A stretch of 64,000 nt of DNA from Lingula anatina (Eukaryota; Animalia; Brachiopoda): contig CM120640.1 of NCBI GenBank assembly GCA_051362555.1, positions 35,669,967-35,733,966 of the forward strand. Reading direction: 5' to 3'. Of the stretch, positions 24,301 through 35,700 are shown piece by piece. The position numbers were made by a program, and so were the translations under genes. The stretch's first letter is position 1; each line of letters starts with the position of its first letter. The notes beneath the pieces were generated by a model. The model searched no databases, was not told the origin of the DNA, and worked only from the letters and a program-made list of their open reading frames with translations.

Positions 24301-27300
24301 AATTAAGTTAAACTAAAGGCCAGCTGAAAAAAAAAACAATTTTTTTTATTTAAGTGGTTTTGTGTAACCGGCTAAACGGAAAGCTTCAATGCATGCACAA
24401 CAAGGCTTTGGCATGACATCGTCGGCCAAAGTTTAACGTTACAGTGTCGCCCGTTCAATTGATCCATGTATGTAAAATGGAAATCAAGCAGACAGAAACC
24501 GTAAGGTGAATTCGTTGACCGACAAAGTACGCAATCCCCTGCGCTACGTATATAAGTATGTTATCTGTATTGTACTTCGGAGGCACCCGGTGCATTCATA
24601 AGGTATCAAATCCCTGCAACACGGGACGATAACACGTAGGCCTATTCTGCAGTCAATGCTCTCTAAAGTCATTGACCTTTCAAATGTTGCTGAAAGATAG
24701 CAGTAGGTGCATCATTAAGACAACTGAACTCTTAAGTCACTGACCTTACAAGAATTGCCACAGTATCAATAGGACTACGGATCTGGTAAGTTAGAAAATA
24801 TGACACAGCACGATAATGCGGAACAGTGCTTTTACAAGTAGAACTGTAGAATCTACCATTGATTACCACCATCGGGCACTAACCTTTATAAAATTGCTCC
24901 CATTTAACACGGTTTTATTAGTTTTCCTCTCCCAGCTCCGCATATCCTTCAATACTTCCTGTACTGACGCGTTCCCCTTCTTCACCAGTCTTATTACGGT
25001 CAAATTAAGATGATTGTGCTTGTAATCGTCCATTGGAATTGCTTCTGTGTCCTTAAAGAAAAATTCACATACGGTTTCAACCATGCAGTAAGCAGGATGG
25101 CTTTTGGTTGTTCACGGGTGCATATGGCAATCCAAAAAATAAACAGATTTTTAATTTCGGTTGACGCTTTTGATGATGCTTGTAAAATGATGGCTACATG
25201 AATATATGTACATTATCTTTCTCCTAAATTTTATTTCCGATTTTTTTCTCGACCGAAGGAAGGAACAAAAATTTTGTTTTTATCTCCTTATCAACTTAAC
25301 GCAATTGTTGTTTCATCATCTGATTCAGTTATAGTAATGTTAAGATTGGCAAATGCACAAAGTGCCCACTAGTGAAAAAATGTACGTAATGTATTTACTT
25401 ACCGGGTTTGCAAGGATAAAATGATGCAGTCCGTCTATTATACCTTCTTGTAATGCCTGAAAATTAGCAAGGAAAGATTTACTGGCATGACCACACACGT
25501 GGTGAATATTTTCTACAGAAAAACTTAAGAAATAATCACAATCTTAAAAAATACAACGATATACCCTGAACAGTTCTGAGCTCTCGGGCATTCGTCTCTC
25601 GTACATTAAAAAAAAAAAACAATACGATAGACTACTAGAAAATAATATAAACATTAATTGGATCACTAAAAGACAAATCCTTTTTTATGGTAAAACGTGT
25701 AAAGACATCATACGAACTTTAAACTATTAAGTCTGAACTATGATAAAAACTACAAATGTAAATTTGAAATCAACTGTATTAAATGATCATTTCTTTTGCT
25801 GTCTTAAATCAACCCATTTTCATTCAAAACCACCTCTTCTAATGTCTCAAAGGTCTGTTGCACGATTCATTTTGTAATTCAATTACTTCTAGAGCTAAAT
25901 CATATTTTCCCGAGAGTCATGTTAAGAGTCAAGCCAATTAAAGAAAAAGTGCACGCGGCCCTTCAATGTATTACATACAAAACTTTGGCTTTCAGGTCAA
26001 TGAAGAATTTGTTGGTAAGTACAATGTGCCAGGAAATAATGGCGTTCTAAGGGCAAATTCATCGACTTGTATACTGACTGAGATTTTCTGCTAGAATTAC
26101 TGCTGCTTACGTATCTAAGCATCATTTGCGTGGTTTCAACATCTAGATCAACAAACACATGCTTGTGTTCTTTTCTGTCTGGGTTTTTCAGTGACTTCAC
26201 AATTTCTCTCATATTGGACCTTGTTGCGTGGCGTAAGATGATACTTGGTCTTCGCAGTAAATTAGTTCCATAAATTGATTGTAGTAATAATAACCCTGGA
26301 ACAATAAAACACATGCATTATACTCCCTGTGACCAGCACTTCATTAAGCACAGATAGAAGCGTATTGAAAAGATGTAAAGAAGCAGAAGGCCATGGGAGG
26401 TCGGAAAATATGGACAAAAATATAACTAAGTATTAAGTATTTTTCTTTTTCAAGGTGTAAGGTGGTAAAGGCACGGTGCGTGTCTCTGGAACATTTCAGG
26501 TTTGTTTCAATTTGATTCCAATCAAATCAAACACGCGAATGCCAAATGTGTACAAACGAAATCGCATATTTCTCATCTTCTAGTGTCATAGCCCGGTAAT
26601 ATAAGGGAAGCAGCAAACAGGCGGATTGTAACGTATACCAAACTGAGTGAAAATATGGTTGCTCCAAATTGCTTAACTGCTTCAATACATCAAGAACACG
26701 ATTAATTTTCTTTATTGAAAGTCTTCCAATTCTAAATATTCAATGAAAGATAAAACACCTAATCATTACCAGTACATAACGGTGAAGAAGATAGCGTTTG
26801 TGATCTTGTTACATTATATATATGCGCCCTTACAATAAAGAAAAAAAAAAAACTTACTTTCGTGATCACCGTAAAGTATAACAAAATCTTTCCACTGATA
26901 GTACTCAAGGATATCATGGTACAGACTGTTCAGTACAGAAAGGTCAGGGTGGATATTTATCGAAGATGGGACTCGGTTTTGCTGAAATACATTGGGCCCG
27001 AGCTCGAAGTGGGGGATGTCTAAGGCGTTGCAGATGGAGCTGACGTGAGAGGAGAGGTAGGGGTCGTCGGGTCCCATGACACTTGCCACGCCACGGCCGA
27101 TCTGGTAACATGCTGAAATACAAAAAGAGAGTGTTGTGACGTCATTTAGAACTGAACCAGTCTAAGGGACAGTGTGACAGGAGTGTTTTGGCTACTCCCT
27201 AACCTGAACCAATTAAATGGGACCCCGGACTTCAATTTCTTTGATTTCTGTTAATGTTTCACGCCATGTTGACAGGTTAGGCAGCTACTATTCCATTTTA

Positions 27301-30300
27301 GGTACTTACACCCCATTTCCATAGATTTTTAGATCGATCTATCCCTGTGGGGATTACTGTCAGCTTGGCCGGCTTAAGCGTCTGTCCCGCCTACTAAAAG
27401 CTGTAAGGTGGTAATTAACTATGGTGTCCGCTCGGCTGACTGCAATTTAGCCTGAACCCCCAGGGAGTTAGGTCGATCTAAAACTTAATCCTTAGATCGA
27501 TCTAAATCTCTGGGAAAGCACCCATAGATACATCAAGCAAACGTAACTCTGGCTATACTAGGTATCATACAATGTTTTTTTCCACCGGATAGAGCATCAT
27601 TTATGTACGTGCCTTAAAGTACCTAAAGAAACAATGGGATTAAATAAATCAGTACTTTATTGTTGTTAAGTCTGTAGCCGTTGAAGATCAAATCATGATA
27701 AAACCCATGCCGCCCGAGGAACTTCTCCTGCAGACGCCCTGAGTATAACAAATGTGTTAAACAATGTCAAAAAATAAAGAAAAAGGAATACGCCCTTTAA
27801 CAAAGAAAATTACCCCCCTTCCCCCGTGCCTAGTTTTTTTTCTATTTTTTTTTTTTTAGCCCCTTAAGTAAGACGTCCATAAGCACCTGTTTAATCTATT
27901 ATATTATCTGGAGGTCAACTAACTGGACATCGTTGGTCATAATTACTGGTGCTTAATCAAAAATTCACCGTGGCCCACAGCAAGACAGCAGCTTGATTAA
28001 AAGTCAATGCTTAATTGGCTGTCCGTAGACTGACCGACACTGCGCACGTGTCGACTGGACAAGTGAGATTCTCTCTTCGAACTAGAAAAATACCTTTGGG
28101 GATACGCACACCCAGTGTTAATTGCAGCATTGTATAACCCTCTCCGGGTTAATGGTTTAAAAACATAGTATGTATAATTGAATGAAGAGCCTGGTATTAC
28201 CCAGATGTGAAGATTGTAATGTTTTAAGAGTACTGCATCAATGCCAAATATTCGCCTAGACTTAATTTAAGAAATGTAAGATTCATTATGACTTGTTTCT
28301 CTTTATGAAGATCGGATATGGTTGTTATATATGTTGGATACAGCAAATGTAACAGCAAATAACGACATTGATGTGTTTGGGGTTTTCAATTTGAAGATAT
28401 TCCCAAAACAGCCACGTGCAGTTGCAATAATTATACATTTTATGTGGAGGCTATATCCATTATTACATTTTGCCTTCTAATTTCAATAAAAATTGGACGG
28501 GATTGGTAGGGATATATTTCGTAGGATTAGCATGTCAAATCGGGGTTGTATATTCTGATAAAACTTATAAATGCTCGTTGAAACATGATGGTGAAACACT
28601 GCGATAAATGAAAGCTCCCATATGGATCGTCTGCAAACTTCATGAGGATATATTTTACATAACGTACCATTAAAATGGAATTCATATTGTTGAGGAATCA
28701 CAGTCAGATCAGAAGATGATAAACAACAACATATTCCATATCACCCCGAAAATTTCAAAACAAATAAAGCTTAAGTCTTAAAAAAAGACAGCAGGTAGAA
28801 AAAATGACGTTTTCATTTAGAACTTATTTCCTTTTCAATTACATTATGCTATACGAACGTGTTATATTGTACAACGGATACCAAACTCAAGCCTACACAA
28901 ACATCAAAATATCATCAGAAATACGAAAAATTAACAGTACGACTCCTTTATCAAGAAAAGATGTACAGGAATAAGGATTCGAAATTGATCGTTCGTGTGT
29001 TAATCACCATCACTTTTTGCCCGTCCAAGAACAAAGCCATCTTAACACTTCCAAATGTTGTGGCTACGCTGGGCCCAAAGCCTCACAACATTCAAACAAC
29101 GCTTCATCTGATCCCACACGTGTCTTGTTTGTACTTATACCCTATTATGTTGCAAGACGGTAGGTCTATTGGTAATATTGGAAATTCTTTATCCCAACAC
29201 CAGGTAGAATAAAACACCTGTGTATTACGGAAACACCTTGAGGCTAGAAACTTTTTACAGATGTGATAACAGCAGAGATTGCATTAAGTTTCAGACTTAA
29301 TCGATTGCCGCTATGAGGAACACCCCCCTTTTAAACGTTAAACCTCAGCATTTGAACTCCGTAATTTTAAAAACAGATGAATGGCACGGCAGGTTAAAAG
29401 CCGATTTACTGAAAAGACAGCGATCCAATCGATTTTGTATTCATTGTCCTTAATTACAAGTCATTTGAGGCAAATCTCGTAAACATTCAAAGTGACAAGA
29501 AATCCGGCAACCAGCGGCCAAATCACCCAGCGCACAAAAATCTTTCTCTGAGCGCTTGGCACCAGTTGCATACGGGCGGGGATCTGCCATCACTTAGAAG
29601 TCCTCAGAAGAGCCAAACGCTTTAGAAAGTTTATTCCGTGAATAAATGATCATGAATGAAAGAATGATGACCTTAGTCAGCCAGTAAATAGTTCACTCAG
29701 CCGTAAATCCGACTGCAGTTTGTATCTGTGTTAAGTTTCCTAGGCATTTTTATGTCATTACTTTTTACCTGACAATATTTTTTTAGATTATGGAAATATA
29801 TTTGCACAATGTAGGGCAATTTATTGACTGTTCACGAAACCATTATTTTTGTGGTGTACAATGTATATAAATACGATAAATCATTCTATTCCGTTTTTCT
29901 ACACAGATACAAGATAGCGAATAAAAAGATGGCAACTGCCATTTTTCGTACATGTACATCAATGTCTGATCATTTCAGCTTGTGGGATTGTGTGTTTTAA
30001 TATAGGCCTACGATATCAACAAGTTGATTTTCGTTTTACCATCTTTGGAAAGAGGATGGGCTGTTTCAGGAGTAAATTTAGTTACACAGAGGTGTAATTT
30101 TAGTATGTTTGTCTTTCTGTCTGTTTTTGTTTGTTTGATTGATTTTCTCCTTGCCTGCCTACTTGTGTGGTTGTGGATCTTCTATGGCGCTTCGTGGTCG
30201 TATTTTTTTTCTATATGTGGGTTTGTGAACTTTAAAGTAACCATTAAGGTCAAATTGGCAATCACAGATAACATCCTCACAAATCGTCACATTTACAGAG

Positions 30301-32699
30301 AAACCATCTATGATTGTCAATAAGGATCTCAACGTACTCTCTGGCCACAGGGTGCGTTAGTGGTCGGTTACAAAATTATTGTATTGCCAATACTTTATTT
30401 TGTTTACTATTTTAAAAGCCCCTGATATGACAGTGTAACCTCAACACACCTCTTAACGTATTGATATTAACAAACACCTACGTATAGTTACAGCAGACCA
30501 GAGGTCGTGCCTGGACACACGCGTATAAGTCTGCCGAATACTTTTAATCTTGTCTAATTCAAAAAAAGAAGCTTCCAGTATCAGACGGTTTGATTTGGAT
30601 ACAAATACGTCTCTGAGATTTGTTTTCCAACCGTGAAACACAATATTTGTTCAGATTACTTGACCATCAGGAGGTCCGGGAGCCAACCGGCATATTTCAA
30701 TCAACCGCAGTTGAAACCTGTGATATTTTTCAGACAAAAAGATATCTGCACGGTTGGATATGGGGGTTTAAAAGATGTTTTTCTATACAGAGGTATAGAT
30801 CGGGATTGAGTTCATGTGCACCTAGAATTTCTGGTAATAGAGGTTGATAATTTGTTGTCTGTTGAATTCACAAGGGTGCTCTACTGAAGAAACAAAATAT
30901 GCACATCGAGTGGCGGAAGCATAATATATAACGTATAGTAGGCCTATAAAATGTAGTAGCCTGTCGTAACGGCTTTAATGTTTTCTAATACACATCATTT
31001 TTGTCTTAAATCAGCTTCATTGTGCTTCATTATTTTGATTCAGATATATCCGCTTACAATAAACCGGTTTGAAATCAGTATATTACCACCCAATGGGTGT
31101 AAATGAAGGGATTCCGTCCATCTGTTACAACTTACAGGCAGCTGCTTGTATCAAATGCACACCTGTAATTATGGTTACCGTCAATACATTCTAATGCGGT
31201 TCGTCTGGGATCCATGTGGTGTTTCCCGTCACACGTAACTTTACTGTATCTATATTTGTGAAGCGGTTTGAGTAAAAAATGCATTAAACAAATTCCCATA
31301 TGCTATATTCATTAAGAGATGAGCATTAAGAGACTAATACGCTTATCAATGCATCAGTTTCACCTGCATCTTTAATTTAGGAGGGTTTAAATGGAGAAGA
31401 ATTGAAAATTGATCTAATTGGACATGCATATCCCGCTTATTCTGTACGATGTCTATGGGAGATCTCCAAAATTTAATAGAGTGACGCCATACGTCACAAG
31501 TAAACAAGTAGGCTTGTCATAAAATACACAGAGCAAGCTAAATCTGTGCTCCAGTCGGTTTTAGAACAAAAAAATTAACATCTTTCTGACTTTGGAACCA
31601 AACGCTTGGTTGCAATCACCATTTGGATGACCCGCTATTTAACCGTTTAGCACTGCTGGCGGATCATGTGGGTTAGATGCTGAGGATGTTACGTCATAGC
31701 GGGTATTGCAACCACCCTTTTTATAGATAGGACTAAAGTAGCTTTGTTAAATTAAGTCCGATCTAAATGCAGCTGAGTAATGCTTTCAGCTGCGGTATTA
31801 AGGCATGGCAGAATATTTGCATGTTACATCTTACACCAAGCCACTTAATTTATGATACTCATGCAAAAAAAAGGTTAAATGTAGCCTTGTCTTTGTCAGA
31901 GAGAAAGTATATTAATATACCTTGGTTAAAATAGATTCATGTGTTGGCTGATATGATTAAGGATAGAAAGTTAAATTAAGTAAATAGAGGGATAAATAAT
32001 TATGTTTCTGTCAGAATCATTGCTGTTTGAACCTAAATTGGTCTAATTATGTCAAAAATTGGATTTTCTATCAGGACATGCGACTCCCATTGGCGATAAA
32101 TCTACTTTCACACTTAATTCTATCTGAATCGGAGTTTCCTATGGAATCCCAGGAGGGCCAAGCGAAAAAAAATTGAAAAAAAAATTTTTTTTGAAAAAAA
32201 AAAAAAAAATTTGAAAAAAAAAAATTTGAAAAAAAAAAAATTTGAAAAAAAATTTTTATGAAAAAAAAAAAAAAATTGCGAAATTTGCGAGATCGCGTGT
32301 AATCCCGCGAGATCGCGCGTAATCCTGCGTGGCCACGTGAAATCCCGCGGTACCGAGCAAATTTTATTTCAAAAGGAAATCAAGAAAAAGAGAAAAAAAA
32401 AAACACGATATCTCACGAGAAATTGCGAGAATAGAAACATGGCGGAAGAAGCCACGATGTGTTTAAAATGCCAACATAGCACGGACTATGAACAACAGGC
32501 TCACATTCCCATTTGTAATTCATGCGGATGTGATAATATATTGCACGTAAGTTGTTTTCTCTTTATTCTTTATGCAGATGATAGTGTGACGTATAGTATC
32601 ATTAGTGAATCAAGGACGAGTGTCCTCTTAGTCTTATTTCTTTACTATTACTACACATCTCCAGTGTTATTATCAAAGCTTTTCTTTGGGCTACAAGTA

Positions 32700-32760
<61 letters not shown>

Positions 32761-35700
32761 TGTAAAAGACTTATTCATATGTGATTGGCTCTCGAGGAGA
32801 AATCTCAGAAAAAATTCACATCCATTTTGTAATAAACAAAAGAGCATACTAAATGAAATTGCCTTATAATGTGTGTATGTTTAATTGTATCTCTTATAAG
32901 TCATCTATAGTCTGTCATTGCTTCATGTAAAAAATTCATTTTATTTTTGAATTTCAGATTTAAAGGTTTTCCTCAACAATCTAGTGGAACATTATAAAAG
33001 CAAAGCTTTGATATTAGAATATTTAAAGGACATTGGTATTACCTGGAGGTAAATATTTTTGTGTAGAATTCTTTGTGGCAACAAATGCTTATTTATATTT
33101 GCTTTTTTGTAGAGAAATCTTTGTGTCAATCAATGTCATGTTAAATTGGACAGCTGCTGACATCACTGGGTAGTTTTTTTTTAATGATGGCTTGGACTCC
33201 TGGAATTTTTGTTGAAAATTACAAGTGGTGATTTTAAATGGCATGAATCCCCAGAAAAGTCTTGGTCCGTGTTATCATTTTCATATAGATTCCCATAAAA
33301 ATCTGCAAAATCCTATTGCATGAAGGGCAAACTTTAAAGTTGTCAGCTCACTGAATATCTTAAAGCAGGTAATAAGTTCAGAAAGGATCTAATTATTTTT
33401 AATTATTTTGTTTTTCACTGTCAGTGAAAGAACCCTCAAGAGAAGGTTAAATGTTCTTGAAATCAAGCAACATGAACATGTCCCTGTTCAAGAATTAAGG
33501 GTAAGCGATAATTTTGATGCTGCCTACTTTGAATCAATCTGTATGTTGAAATAATATCTGTAGTATTTTGATCACTCAAGTCTTAGAATAGAGGAGATGG
33601 CATAAATACACCAACCAACCAGTACAGTATTAGTATATAGATATGTCTGATAGAAAGTCTGTTACAATCCAAAACTTAATTATATCCCCCTTGTACAAAT
33701 AAAATGAAAATATTGACATCTTACAGTGATTTATATTTCCAATTATAATTTAATAAGGTTATATACATAATAAATGGTCATTTTAATGTGTGAGTCATAT
33801 CTTTTTATGTAGGATATTATTCAACAAGAAGTCGTTGTTTGTGGGGGACTGGCAGGTGTAAGGCGAATATATGATCAGTGTCGCCAGAAATATCACAAGG
33901 AAGAAAAAAAGGTTAGTTAAGCAAAGGATTAATTTTTGCAATTAAGCAGTTAATTAAAAAATGAAAGTAAAAAATCTATATTTGTTTCACCTCTATTAAA
34001 TTATATTATTCTGTTACTCTATCCTAAGAATTGATGTGCAAGAGATATTGCATGAAGTTGATCATGAAGGTCGGAAACTAAGATTACGAAGGGCTTTAAA
34101 TCGACGAGTTTTTAAATCACAGATAAATATTATTTTTATGTATAGACACAGAGACCTATCTGTCTTGATCATTTAAGCCATGCACTTTCAGCAATAACAC
34201 AATATGTGGAAAACTATTTAGTCTTAAACCCTTTTCTGGTCACAAAAATTGCCAAGTCATCATACAGTCAGTTTCAACTAACTTAAGATTATAGAAAGAT
34301 AATTGTATGATGGAGCCACTTATCAGTAAAAGTTGTTTGATTCGTTCATTTGAGGAATGTATCAGTCAGATTATTCACATGTATATACTTTCAAAATGAC
34401 ATTTAATTTTAGGTTTTCATGTGATAATATCAACTATTTCTTTTCAGGGACCAAATTGGATTTGGTCTGTGGATGGTAATGACAAGTTTCAGTTCTGCCA
34501 TATTTACATACATGGATGCATTGATACATTTTCACGCAAGATTTTGTGTATGTATATAATGTACTGTTTTAAGTAAAAAACCAATTTGAAAAACTTTATC
34601 CCTTATCTAACCACACACTACTGGGTTTAAAAGAGTTTACTAGTATTATCCATTTCTGATTTTGCCATTGTAACATACTAGTTTGGGGTATATTTCAACA
34701 CTGTGGTCTTCTTAAACATCTGTGCTAATAGTTACCGTTTTTTAATAGTCTGCCCTAATAGAACTAGAAGTGACCCAGAGACAGAGAATGTAGACTTAAT
34801 TGAATGCCAAATGTTCCTAAGAAGAAATAGCAGTGATCAGCGTGCTTTCTCCGATAGTCACATCATGGGGCCTTCACCACTGAACCAGGTATGTAAATTT
34901 ATTATTATATTTACCCATTTGTCACAAGGATGTCTATTAAAGCCTGTAGTTGGATCACGCACTATTCTGATGTCATGCATTTATTTCAGAAAATAGAGTG
35001 TTTCTGGTCAACTTTCCTAAAGAGAGTTTTAATCCGTTGGCATATCATAGAATGACTGATAAATTCACAAGTATTATACTTTTCAGGGTTTGCACAGAGA
35101 TGGTTGGTATGACAGACACAGTTGCATTGACAAGTGGTGCATGGTATTTGTTTACTTGCCTCTGATACAACATGATATAGATGCATTTCAACTGTGGTGG
35201 AACAACCACAAAATAAGACACCAAAGGCAGGTGTGGTTACCCACTGGTGCTGCTCCAAATGACATTTATGCATTTCCACATTTATATGGTAAATTTGGCA
35301 ATTTCAGTTACATGTTTAGCATATAAAAGATTGAAATATTTAAAACTTAAGACATTTTTGTTTTAAAAATCTTTTACTTTAAATATGAACATGTAGTCAA
35401 TTTTACACATCACCATGTTCTTGTGGCATGGCTATGTGACTAAATGGAACAACTGGCTTAAGGTATATCAACCTACATATTTTATGTAATATATATTTGC
35501 AGGCGGTCACCAGTGTGGATTCACTGTCAGTGATAGAGATTTGGCAGAAGTTGCACGAGAAAAAACACTGAACTATGAACAATCTGCTCGTGTGCCACAG
35601 GACTTCTATAATGAAGCAACTAACTTCACTGCCACTAACCACTTGACAATAGAAATATCCACTGAAGAGGAGAGTTATATTCAACTAAGGAGACACTTCA

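Noticed and set aside
31136-31260. Minus-strand open stretch ending in a GTAAGT donor
   Set aside because: No in-frame ATG for the phase-1 frame, no iGluR similarity, and the flanking exons join without it.
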